From positions 346,582 to 410,581 of the forward strand of contig JAAOMT010000571.1 in NCBI GenBank assembly GCA_016748015.1: DNA of 64,000 bases, given 5' to 3'. Of this stretch, positions 13,201-26,420 are shown one piece after another. The translations under genes and the position numbers were made by a program. Under the pieces are notes generated by a model. It was not told the DNA's origin and did no database searches. It worked only from the letters and a program-made list of their open reading frames with translations. How positions within the stretch are numbered: position 1 is the stretch's first letter; each line of letters opens with the position of its first letter. This DNA comes from Geosiphon pyriformis uo1 (taxonomy: Eukaryota; Fungi; Glomeromycota).

Positions 13201-16200
13201 ACATAACATTAAATTTGAAATTTTTTTCTTTAATTGTAAATACCATCTTTTTTTTGTTATCTAAATTTATGGCTACTTACTAATAGTCTATACAAAGGCA
13301 GATTTTTCCATTTTTTTTCTGAATAAGTATCATTAATAATGATTATAAACTCATTAATAGTTAAATTAAACTGTTGTTCAACATTCAATTGATTTTTTGT
13401 CAAATAATCTTATGATTAATAAGTGGTACTCTATATGTTCTTTGTTTAATTAACATAATATCTCCAATTTTAATTTGATATTGAATAATATCAATTCTAT
13501 TAAATTTGTTTTTATTAACAAAGATATCAATAAAATTGTTAAGTAATATTTTAAGTTGTATATATTAAAGTGTGTCTAAATTTTTCAAGTTTATTTGTCT
13601 TAATAGTTCTGGTTGTAATAAATAACACTTTTTTTGTTTATAGATTATTTGTAATATAATATCTATATATTTACACAATTGTCAAAAGTTTAGAATAGCA
13701 ATTGATAATTGGTTCTCAACTTCAATACTTAATTATCTAATAATAGTTCTATTTGGTATTTTTATAAAGTTTTTGATTGTGTTGTATATTGGAATTTTAA
13801 TATATTTGTGGTTTTTGACTGGTATATAAAAATTAATAATACCAATCTCTTCTGACTTATAAATATTTAGTTTTGTTTCAAAAATTTAGGATTGATTTTT
13901 CATTTTTCTCTTTATAATTAATATATGCTAATCATATGATAAAATAAAAATAGATTAATTGGTAAAGATAATTTCTTCTTTATTAATTGTTTTTTTTTCT
14001 GTTATATTAACTAGTATCTTTATTTTACTTGTGGATCCAAATCTTTTTATCTCTCTTGCTGTAATTTTTAACTCTTTTCTCATTCTTATTAATACTAACT
14101 AAGCTATTTTAATCAGAAACAAAAATATTGCCTGTGTTATTTTTTCTTTTAATTCAATAATATATCTTTTTTCTGAATTATTTTGTAGGATTATAATAAT
14201 ATTTTTCACATATTTTGCATCAATTGTTTCTCTTCTAATATTAATTTTTTTTTTGCAAAACTAGATTTAAAGACTAATTGCACCATTGTTATTGCTAGAA
14301 TTTCTAGTATTATTTTTAGATCTATACTAATATACAAATAAAGTTTCAATCTGATGGCAGTTTTTCTTGAATATCTAAAATTAAACTCTGTATTAGTATT
14401 ATGTACATATTCTGATATAATACTTTTATTATTATTACTGAATTATTTAAGTTTCTGCTTTTTTGAAAAATTTGAGAATATAATATATTGTTTGAAATTG
14501 TAATTAAAGTTTGAATTATTATTATTATTGTTGCCATAGTGAATAATATTAAAACTGTTATTGTTATTATTATCAAAGTCTAAATTACAATTGAATTTGA
14601 TTTTGATTTTAATATGCATTTGCTAATTGGCTCTTTTTTTTCAGAAATTAAATAGATTAAGCATAATAATGAATTGTAGATGAAATCTCAATTGTTACAA
14701 TATTCAAAGTTACTAAAAATTAAGTAATATTTATAGAATCTTGTATTTAATTGTTCTAAATGCTGCTTTTGTTCTTTTCAAGTAGATGTTAAATCTTGGT
14801 AATGTTTATAGAATTGTTCTAAATTGTTCAAAATATCAATAAATACATTTGAATTGAGAATGAAAATGGTTTTGACAAGTTTTGGTAAGTTGTTTTTGAT
14901 AGCAAGTATTTTGTTGAATGAAGTGCTTTAATTTTAGCACTTGCTATTTACCAGATTTTGTTTTTATTATATGAATAACTGTTTAAGTATAAGAGTACTT
15001 GGTTCTATATAGCATTGAAAGACGTTTTTTTGTTTATTCAGTTATTTATAAAGATTGTGTATTAACATGATATATTACATGTTTTTTCTTATTCAGAAAT
15101 ATTATTTCACATTTTTTTATTAAGTGAAATTTTTTTACAAGCAAAACATGGTTTGTTGTTCTATTTTTTTTGTCATTTTGAATACTTAAAACGTTTTTTG
15201 TAACACAATTTGCAATAATAATGAGTATATATTCAGTAGTCTTTTTTTGGCAAAATTTAAGCTTCTATAAAAAAAAGTTTTTTCTTATAATCAATACATC
15301 TAAAAGAAATATAAGATAGTTTTTTTTTTGTTTCAATAAATAGGATATATGTCAACTGTTAGCTGTTTCTTTAATGACAGTAGTGTTTTAAGAGTTATTT
15401 TCCTTTTTTTTTTCTTTTTTATCTTAAAAGAGTATTGGTGGTAACTTATTGTGATTATTGTCAATTTACAAGACTTGATAGGCTTTCTAAGTAGATTGTT
15501 TGTTTCCTTTTCAAACTTAATTAGTGATAATTGGGTGATAGTATTTGTTTTGAAGTAACTACAAGTGGCTAATATCTGAGTATACTGACTAATTTGACTG
15601 AACTATAACTCTTGTATAGTTCAATCAAATACAGCATTGGTCTTGAACAGCCAGTCATTACTAATAAGAGCTTGATATTGTGTGGCTTTTATAATTAAAA
15701 CTTTAATTGGCATGATAATATTATTAACTTTAAAAAAAAAGTTATTAATTTTACCAATAGGAGTCTTAGTTGTTCTATTGGCTGTAATGATTTTGGTGTT
15801 AGTAGTATTTTCAATTTGGTAATTTAATTGGTTTATAAGTTGTCATGTAATAATATTGCTTGCTGACTCATTATCAAAAATTAGCTTAATAGCTTGGCTA
15901 TTAACTTTGGCATTTATGTATATTGTAGTAATTAGTTTAGTGTTAAAAATGGCTCTACTAAATAATAGGATTTTTAATTGGTCTTCTAACTCAAATAAGA
16001 AAATAATGATTAGTAATTTATTTTCTGTAATGTTATTAGTAAATAGTTAGTGGTTGGTTTTCAAGTTATTGGGTGAATTGTTTTTTGTTACACTCAAAAA
16101 GCTTAACTAGTTCTGAAAATTTGGGTTTTGGACATATTCATTTTCTGAATTTTTTGGGCATAATTTTGATGTCTGATTTGAAAAATTGAAAATTAGTTGG

Positions 16201-19116
16201 TGCATAATTATTGCCAATCTTTAGTTTTGTTGTGTGTGTATAATTCTCAGTTTTTAGTTTTTGGTTGTTATTTGAGTTAAGTTTTATAATAATGTTTAAA
16301 TTAATTAGAATTAATAAATAATTTAAGACTGTAACTAATATATTATTAATATTAGAGTTTGATATATTGAAAGTAAGTATATTAGTTGTTGTATTATTGG
16401 TGCATAATAAAATTAGTATGGTTTTAATAACAAATTGTTAGTAGAGTTTTAGTTTAAAACCAGTGATCAGAATTTTAATATTGATTTCCTAATTATTAAT
16501 TATTTTATCTAAAATAACAATCTGTTTTTAAATGATTTTGTTTATTATAATAATAACAATTATGCATTTTTTGTTGTCATAATTAATTGACTAATAATAA
16601 TAATAAACATAATTGATTTTAGAAACAATTAAAGTTTTCTGGATTATTATGATGTTAAGAAGATTAATAAATTGTTTGATTGTTAATTAAGTATTCTTCT
16701 AATTTTTGATTAATAGAGTTACTAAATTGTTTTAGCTTAAAATCCAATTCAGATAATTTATTTATTACTAGATTTATAGTTTGAACATGATTGGCTTTGA
16801 ATTTAGCTAATTCAAATTTTCTGATGTGAGTAACTGTGTTTTGTAGAATATTTGGATACATTAAATATACTTGTTATAACAAATTGCTATATAATTCATG
16901 AATAAATTGATTTAAAATCTGTGGCACTGTAAAGTAGTCAGTGTTAATTACTTAAATTTGGCACAGATTTCTGTAGAAATATTCCAAGTAAATAATAACT
17001 GCTTTAGTATCACCTTGTTTGATTGTAATAAAACTAATTAATAAGCAATTAATGCTATTATTATTACTAAAATACTGTAAAAACACAGTTTTAAACACAT
17101 TAAAATCTTGGAATTTGTTTACAAAATTCTGATATTACAAATTGGCAATATTTTAGAAAAAGTATAAGATGGCTTAAAAAGCTTTGGTATTATTTTATCT
17201 ATTAACTGTAATGGCTTTTTCCATATTGTTTAGCTATGCTTAGGCATTGTCTTTTTTGCTAGTGAATTTTTTAAGTTTGACAATAGATACATATGTTATT
17301 GGTGTAAATTGTTGTTGTTGTGGTTGTTGTTAAAATTGTTGTTGAGATTGTTATTATTGTATAATAATTAGTACAACTAATGAATTAATCACAATAACTG
17401 GCAGTAAGTTTTGTTGAAAAATAGGAGTGAAATTTGAATTGTTTAAATTTTGGCTAAGTTTGAATAATCGAAGTTATAATTTTTGGATTAATTAGGATTG
17501 GGTTTTAATTATTATTTTTCTGATTGTTGCCTTCTTCTTTTTTTGAATTAGTGTCTTTCTAATAACTGGTAGATTCGAAATTTGGTTAAGATAATAATAA
17601 TTAAAGTCCTAATAGTGTTGTTAATTACAATTTAAATTTTTTAAAGAAATTATCATAGGTTTTTAATAATTTGGCTTTTTTTGATTATTTTGGAATAGTA
17701 CTCTGAATAATAGTATTTTTGCAGTTGATAATAATATGAATTTAGATAGTATATAAATAGTATTTCCTAGTATATAATAGTATAATAGGTAAATAGGTAA
17801 AAAAATTCTTGATTTTTTTCAAGTAGACAGTTGTATTTTCCTTAATGTTCTTACTAAAGTTTGTAATTTTTCTTTGTCTGCAAAGGTAATAAGAAATTTC
17901 TGTTAAGTGTACTTCTTAATTTCTCTGTTTATTTCTGTAATTAGTAGTGTAAACAGATAGTTTAATAGAAATGTAATGTTTTGTAATAATTTACTGTAGA
18001 AATTTCTGAAGATGGCTTTTAGATTTTCTTGGTCTTTCAAGTAGAATTTAATTTTTTTGTTAACATAAAAGTTAAAAGCTGATTCTGCTGACCAATAATT
18101 ATTTGTCAGTCTGAAATAAGTTTGGTAATATTAAAATAAGAATTTTATGAATTCTAAATGATTTTCTCTTATAATTTTTTGGTCTGTTATTTTTCTGAAT
18201 AGTTAATGTTGATGCTAATTTTCTGTTAGATTATATCTCATAGGGAACACCAAATATTACAAGTAATTATTTGGGGTGTTGAAACAAATGACAAACTCAT
18301 AACTTGGTGCTTAATAGCTGAAAATATTGATAATTTCTGAAGGTTTTGAAGTTTGAAAATTTTGGTTAAGTTTTTTATATAATAAACAGAAATTTAATTA
18401 ATGGTTTTTTTTGTGAATTTTTTTTTCAGTATGGTAGCCAGTTTATTTTAACAGTTATGTTTTTTTGATAAACTATTTTTAAATTTTTATTCTTGTTATC
18501 AGATCTTTTATCAGACTATTTTTGATGTTAAATACTTATTGTTTAATTTTTTAATCAATTAATAAACAAAGAAACAAAACAAAAAATAAAATAAAAAATA
18601 AAAAAAAAATAAAAAATTAGTATCTTATTAATAGTTATAATCAAAAGTTATTGTTTCAGTATGATTAAGTATTAAAGTTTATTAACATAAATTGTTAATA
18701 ATAAAAAAGTAATTAATATTCTTAATTAAAAATTAGATGATAATTAAATATTTTATTAATATTAATATAATTCTATTTTAAGTCATAAAAAACTATCTTT
18801 TAAAGAGAGAAATATAAGATAAATAATTATTGTTAACTAGTGTTTTGTCTGAATCAAATATTTATTTTGCTTTTAACATTTTTGTTATATATATACATAA
18901 TTTATGTTATATAAGATTTCTTGAAATTTTTCAATTTTTTTGAAAAAAATTTTGGAATTCTGCAATTCTGCAATTCTATAAAAGAAATTCTGGAATTTTG
19001 GAATTTTAAAATCCTGCAATTTCTTGAAAAAAATTTTGGAATTTCTTTTTTTATTATGTTTATTTCTAATTGGTTATTTTATTTATTATTATACTTTTTA
19101 CTTTCTATAAATAACA
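10232..19116 (-). mobile_element. Ty3/gypsy LTR retrotransposon copy A, same family as B and nested in it: gag-PR-Cys-rich-dUTPase-RT-RH-partial IN
   Basis: The 5' LTR spans 18255-19116 (starts TGTTAT) with a PBS at 18241-18252. The PPT is at 10950-10961 and the 3' LTR spans 10232-10946. RT thumb is ORF 12801-13025 (FLGHVV...LRAFLEFAKYY). RNase H motif IITTDAF is at ~12670. The integrase H..H motif (~12050) is joined almost directly to a GPY/F-like tail (~11900), so the catalytic core appears deleted. Confidence 0.9.
14030..14420 (-). pseudogene. dUTPase domain of gypsy copy A (decayed)
   Basis: Remnants of motifs 2-5 are visible, including KSSFAKK, ETIDAKY, ITQAIF and ITAREIKRFGST. Confidence 0.8.
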
Positions 19117-22100
19117 CTAAAAATATTATTTAGATAATATTAATAATTATGGTTATGACAAAAACACTATTAATATAAGTACTATTTCAAAACAATAAAA
19201 AAAAACTAAACTATTAAAAACCTATAATGATTTTTTTGAATGATTTAAATCATGACTAACAATATTATCAAAACTTTAATTACCATCATCTTAACCAAAT
19301 TTTGGATTTATCAATAATTAAATAAACATCAATTTAAAAGAAAAAGAAGACAGTAATTAAAAAAAAATACTTAAAACCCAATTTCAAATAACTTGAAAAT
19401 CTAAATTCTAATTGTTCAAATTCAGCAAAACCTGAACAATCTAAACTCAGTTTAACAAAATTTATCTCTAGCTATCTCAATTAATCAACTACTAGTAGTA
19501 ATAATTGCCATTTTTTAACAACCATAATAACAACAATTTATATTAATAGTCTATGTACCAATTACAAAACTTGAAAAATTTATTGACAAAGAGAACAATA
19601 TTAAAACATAGTTAAATAATATGGCAAAAACCATTACAATCAACAGATGAAATAACACTAAAGCATTTTAAGCTATCCTATATTTTTTTTAGAATACCAC
19701 CAACTTGTGATATTAGAATTTAATTAACAAATCACAAACTTTTAACGAATTTAAAACTGGGTTTTTGTAATATTTTAATAATAATAATAGTATTAATTGT
19801 TTGTTAACTGATTTTATTACAATCAAACAAAGTAATACAAAAGCAGTTACTATTTATTTAGAATGTTTTTACAAGAATCTGTGCCAAATTTAAGTAGTTA
19901 ATACTAATTATTTTTTAATGCCACAGATCTTAAACCAATTTATTCATGGTTTACACAGCAGTTTACTACAATAAATATGCTCATTGCACCCAAATACTCT
20001 CTAAGATATAATTATACACATCCAAGATTTTGAATTGGCCAAACTTGAAGCCAATTACATGCAAACTGTAAATTTAATAATAAACAAATTATCTGAATTG
20101 GATACCAATTAAAACAATTTGGCAAAGCTATTAATCAGAAAATTAAGGAATACTTAACTAATAATTAAATTATTTATTAGTTTTATAACATTGTAACAAT
20201 CAAAAAAACTTTAATTGATTCCAAAATCAATTGTATTTATTATTATCATTGAATCAATTATGGCAACAAAAAACATGTAATTGCTATTATTGTAGTAAAC
20301 AAAACTATTTAAAAACAGATTATTGTTTCAGGTCTAATAATTTATAATCAAAAAACCAATATAGAAATAATGATTACAAATTCCAAATCTTAAACTATAT
20401 TAATAATCTATTATTTAAACAATATTAATATCAGTTACATTTCTTTTAAATGACATAACAGCCAATATACATATCTTCTATTTATTAAGTTTCAACACTC
20501 ATAATTTATTAACTATTACAGTTACAAATAATTTATTAATCTCAACCAATTTAAATACCACCATAAAATTTAGTTCAAATATTAACTGAAAATTCAAGAC
20601 CAAGAATTACATACACATAATAAAATTAGAGATTGGCAATAATTATGTATTAGCTAATTCTTAACTCCTTATACCAGTTATTAAAATTGCACTCAAGAAA
20701 TTTGGAAAATAAAAATATCTAAAACCTAAATTTTCAGAATTATTTAAGTCTTCTGGCTATATCAGCAGATAATTTATTTAATAATCTAAAAATTCACTAC
20801 AATTTACTAATCAACAATATCTCACCAACAATTATTACAGAAAACAAATTACTAGCTACTATTTTTTTATTTAAATTAAAAAATTAATCAAAAACCCTAT
20901 TATTTAGTAAAGCCACTTTTAATACCAAACTCATTATTGTTATATATATTAACACTAAAATTAATAATTAATCTATTAAACTTATCTTTAATAGCAGATT
21001 AGCAGACAATATTATTACAGAACAATTCATAAACCAATTAAATTACCAAGTTAATTAAGTTGTTAGCACCAAAATTATTACTGTTAATAGAGCAACAAAA
21101 ACTCTAATTGAAAAAATTAATAACTTTTTTTTTAAAGTTAATAGTATTATTATGCTCATCAAAGTTTTAGTAATAGAAGTCACACAATACTAAGTTTTTA
21201 TTAGTAATAACAAGCTGTTCAAAATTAATACTATACTTGATTAGAATACTTAAAAGCTCTAATTAACATTTAATAATTAGCATATTCAAGTATTTGCCAC
21301 TTATAGTTATTTCAAAGCTTTTTTAAAAAAACAATCATTGATCAAGCTAGAAAAAAACCTACTTGAAAAGCCTATTAAGTTTTATAAATTAAAGATAATT
21401 ACAATAAACTATTATTAATACTCTCCTGAAAAAAAAAGATAAACTCTAAACCATTACTATTATTGAAAAAATAGCCAACAATTGATATGTATTATACTCA
21501 ACTCTAAAACTAAGAAAACAACCACTTTATATCTTACTCAAATACAAAGACTACAAGAAAAAGCTTTTATTTATGAAAGTTTGGATTTTGCCTAAAAAAA
21601 ACTATAAAACATGTATCTATTACTACTGTAAAGCATATTACAGAAAATATTTTCAATACTTAAAATAACAGGAAAAGTAGAACAATGAACTATGTCTTGC
21701 TTACAAAAAAATACTATTCAATAAAAAAATATAGAATAATATTCTTAATCATAAAAAAACATGTGATATATTGTGTTAATACACAATTTTTATAAATAAT
21801 TAAGTAAATAGAAGAATATCTTTTAATACTACATAGAACTATGTATTTTTATGTTTAGATAATTATTCATATAACAAAAATAAAATCTAAAAAATAACAA
21901 ATGCCAAAGTCAAAGGTACTTTATTCAATAAAATTTTAACAATTAAAAATAATTTACCAAAATCTGTTGACACTGTTTTCATTTTAAATTTAAACATATT
22001 TATTAATATTATGATAATTTAAAACAATTCTATGAACATTACTAAGATTTAATACTCATTTAAGAAGACAAAAGCAGCATTTAGAACAATTAAATACAAA

Positions 22101-22191
22101 ATTCTGTAAACATTGCCTAATTTTTAGTGACTTTGAATATTGTAACAATTGTAATATTATTTATAATTCATTATCATATATGATTTATTTA

Positions 22192-23471
22192 CAGTCTAAA
22201 ACAAAAAAAATTGGACAAAAAAATGCATCTTATAAGATTTGATCTAGTTTAACCAATTTTGGTTAAATTGTGGTAAGATTAGTTGGAAATAAATGCAAAG
22301 GTAAGTGGCTATTGACTTATATATTTTTTTTGTGCATTTTATTAATTTTTTTTTAATTCTTATGCGAAAATGACAACATCTAAGCAAGAAATGTAATAAT
22401 AAACAGTATTGTATTTTTGGAACCAAGAAATATAAATTGCAGCAGAAATACAAAAGCAAACAAATATACCATATTTTACTATTTACAATATTCTTAAAAA
22501 ACTCAAAAAAATCAGGGTGATGGAGCATACAGATGGAAATAGTTGGCCAAAAAAGATTAAAAAAGTTGCTTCACGAGTATTACAATTATACATCAAATAG
22601 AATTTCTCAATTTCAATAAGAACTTTGACAACAAAGTTGTCAAAAATAAATGTAGAGGTATTCTATAGAACAATTGGAAGGCATTTAGCATTTTTTGGTT
22701 ACAAAAAAGATCTTTCTCAAGCCATTCCAATGTTTACTGATAAACATAAAAAGAGACATTTGGAATAAGCTTACCAACACTTGAATAACAATTGAAACCA
22801 AACTGTTTTTACAAATAAAACGGCCTTTTGTTTATTTTGGAACACACTAGAGCATTAATATAGAGATTTACAGTCCACCCATGCTATTTTAAAAGATCAA
22901 ACAAAAGTCTTTGCTTGGAGTGGTTTCTATAAAGGAAAAAAAACAAGTTTATTTTGTTTTACTGAAATAATAAATAGTCATTTTTACATAAAAATTCTTC
23001 ATATTCACCTGCCTAAAATTAAAAAAATGCTTGGGCATGGGTGGCAGTTTTAGCAAAACAATAATTCAAAACACAAAAGCAAAGTTTCCCAAGCCTTTAT
23101 AGCTACTAATATTAATAATGTTCTTAACTGGTCTGTTAACTTACCTGACTTGAATTCTATTGAAAACTTGTGGGCTATTGTCAAGAATAAAGTAGAAAAG
23201 TGAATGCCTGAAAATTGTAACCAGTTAATATAGTTTATAGAAAAAGAGTGGCAGATGATTTCCAGATCTATCTTTATTGGATTAGTAGGATTAATAAAAC
23301 AGCATTGTAAGATGGTGATTGCAAAGAATATCATATTAATATTCTATTAATTTTTTTTAATAAAATAATGTGCTTTTTATCTTTCTAATGATATATTTTT
23401 TGTAAAATTTGGTTCATTAAATAAAGCACAATAATTAGTTTTTTGTGTCCAATTTTTTTTGTCTCACACTG
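22192..23471 (+). mobile_element. Tc1/mariner DNA transposon, full-length but decayed, inserted in gypsy copy B
   Basis: TA flanks both ends (22190-91 and 23472-73). TIRs are CAGTCTAAAACAAAAAAAATTGGAC and CAGTGTGAGACAAAAAAAATTGGAC. DDE remnants: VFTNKTAF, F*QNNNSKH, WSVNLPDLNSIENLW. Confidence 0.92.
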
Positions 23472-23704
23472 TAATTTTCAAAAAAAAAAAACCAATTAGT
23501 AAATATACTTTAGACTTAGAATTGAAATTTAATTACAATTTAAACTTTAATGATAATAACAATAATGATTTTAATACTGTTCACAATGGCAATAATAACA
23601 ACAATAATTCAAATCTTAATTTCAATCCTAAACAATATATTACACTTCTAGATTTTTGTAAAGAACAAAAACTTAAATAGTTTAATAATAATAATAAAAG
23701 TATT

Positions 23705-24060
23705 ATGCCAAAATGTGTACATAATATTAACACAAAATTTGATCTCAAATATCTAAGAAAAACTGTTATTAGATTGAAATCTTATTTACATACCAGTATA
23801 GATTTAAAATTAATATTGAAAATTCTAGCAACAACAATAATGCAATTAGTGTTTAGATCTAGTTTAGCAAAAAAAAGAATTAATATTAAAGAAAAAATAA
23901 TTAATGCAAAATATATAAGAAATATTATTACAATACTACAAAACAAATCAGAAAAAACATATACTATTAAACTAAATGAAAATATAACACAGACAATATT
24001 CCTATTTTTAATAAAAATAGCTTATTTAGTATTAATAAAAACAAAAAAAAAGTTAAGAGA
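23705..24060 (+). pseudogene. dUTPase domain of gypsy copy B (decayed)
   Basis: ORF 23705-24094 shows NTKFDL (motif 1, DAGFDL), RSSLAKK (motif 2), KIINAKY (motif 3, GIIDAGY) and ITQ (motif 4). It is truncated before motif 5. Confidence 0.8.
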
Positions 24061-25450
24061 ATTAGAAGATTTGGAAAATTTTAATAAAGCTTAATATTAA
24101 AAGAAAAGAATAATATTATTTATAAAAATAGAAATTATAATAGATAGAAAATGGTTAATAAAAAAGAAACATAGTAAAAAAAGAAATTTCAAAATTAAAA
24201 AATTTCAAAAAATCTTATATAACACAAATTATGTATATATAGTAAGAGTATTAGAAGCAAAAAAAACATTCAAAATAAAAAACAGTAGTTAAAGACAAAT
24301 AATTATTCAATATTTCTTTTTTCAAAAAATAGTTTTCTATAACTTAAAGTAAAATTAAACTCCTATTAATAAAAACATTTATTATTACCTAAATCTATGT
24401 TCTTATCACTTAATTAAGAAATATTAATCAATTTTATACTATCAACAATCTATGTTAATAAAATTCAATACTTAATTATACTAAACTAATAGCTTTTAAT
24501 TACAGTAATTAACAAGATATTAATTTTTTTTTTTTTTTTTATTTTCTTTTATTTTTTTTTATTTTTTCTTTGGTTTTGTTTTTTTTATTATTATTAATTA
24601 ATTAAAAAGATTAAGTACTGAATAATTGATGTTAAAAATAGTTTGATAAAAGACTTATAAAACAAAAGTAAAAAAAATTTAAGAATAGTTTATCAGAAAA
24701 ACATAACTGCCAGAATAATTCAGCCACAACACCAAAAAAAAAATTTACAAAAAAAAAAACTATTAATTAAATCTCTATTTATTATATAAAAAACTCAACC
24801 AAAATCTTCAAACTTTAAAACTTTTAGAAATTATTATCATTAACAACTATTAAACATTAAATTATAAATTTGTTATTTGTTTTAATACTCTAAATAATTA
24901 TTTGTAATATTGGTAAATTTTTGATTATATTAAACAATTTATCAAAATTAATATTAATTATAATACTTAAAAATACAGTAATATTAATATAAGCCAAAAA
25001 TAAAAATTGTTAAATCCAATAAACTAAAATTACATTAAACACTATTTTTTTTATTTAAACTTCTATAATTGTATTTATATTAAACTTAATATTAAGCAAA
25101 TTTAAAATTAAATTATTATTTACTATAAAATAATTTAAAACTACTTTATAAAACAGATATTTTAAAATACTATAAACAATATAATTCTTATTAATAATAA
25201 AACTTTTTATTTTTTTTAATAATAAATAATCAAATATTTAAATTAAAAACTAATTAAAATTTTTAAAACTTAACTGCTTTGTATTTTTTCTGGCTTTAAT
25301 TATAACTAATAAAATAATATTAAAACTTAAACTTATATTTGTTAATTGCTAGATATCTATAATTATAGTTATATTAAAATATAATTAATATATTAATAAT
25401 TTATAAATTTTAAACTAAAAATTTAGTAAAGCTGTCTTAATAATTTTAGA

Positions 25451-26420
25451 TGTTATTATTAAAAATTTTAATTATTTTTTGTAATATTATTAATACTATT
25501 TTGCTGTTAATTTTATTGTTAATAAAAGTTAAAAATTTTTAATAAGTTAATTTATTTTTAAAGTATTTTTTTATACTTTAAATTATTATTATTATTAAAT
25601 TTATAATCAAATGACTAATTCTGTATTAATTATTTTATATAATTATTTTACAGTAAAAGTTAAATTTTTTTACAAAAATTTTTATCTATAAACTTTTTTA
25701 TATGTGATTACTTTGTTGTAAAAATCAATTTTTCTATAAAAAATCTTAATTATAAACTACTTAATTATAAAAAAAATCAAAAAAAATCAAAAATATAAAA
25801 AATATAAAAAAAATTATTTTCAGTTCAAACTTAAAATTAATTACATATTTATTAAAATTAAGAGTTAATTAAATTTAGAATATTAATTATAATTATAAAT
25901 TTTTGAATAATAATAATTAAAAAAAAGTTTGATTTTTTAAAATAAAATTTTTAAATTAATTTGTAATAGTTAATTATTTGTTAAAAAAATAATTTTAAAA
26001 TAAAATACATTTTATCAAAAAAAAAAGCTTTTTTATACAATTTATTATAATATTATTATATAGTTTACACTTTTTTTTGTTAATATTTTGGTAAATTAAA
26101 AATATATTTTATTAAATTACAAATTATTTTTATAAACTATTAAGTATTTTAATAAATTATTAAATATTTTGTTAAATTTTTAGATATTTTAATAAATTAT
26201 TAAATATTGTATTGTTTAAAATATTGTATAATTTAATTAATACAATTAATTATATTTATATACTATACAAATTAAGTTATTAATTAAATAATAATATTTA
26301 ATAATTTAATAAATAATAAGTAATAATTTAAAATAATAATATATATTAATTAATAATAAAAATTTATAATATAATAATTTTATGCTAATTAATAACTTAA
26401 ATTTTTATTAATAATAATAC
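25451..26420 (-). mobile_element. Solo LTR of family 2, extremely AT-shifted
   Basis: Collinear with 335-1290. For example, 583 agttattttgctgtgaaagtcaacttttttacaggaatctcatctgtaggct aligns with 25641 aattattttacagtaaaagttaaatttttttacaaaaatttttatctataaact. Confidence 0.75.

Larger units (their letters stand above)
8885..24909 (+). mobile_element. Ty3/gypsy LTR retrotransposon copy B (host of the nest): gag-PR-Cys-rich-dUTPase, with RT/RH/IN deleted
   Basis: Direct LTRs lie at ~8885-9739 and 24114-24909. PBS TTTGGTGCTTTC is at 9740 and PPT AAAAGAAAAGAA at ~24099-24110. There is a decayed CCHC knuckle at ~20280 (NCYYCSKQNYLKTDY) and a protease-site remnant at ~20975 (IKLIFNSRLADNII). The internal sequence is collinear across the 10232-19116 insertion. 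Confidence 0.85.
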
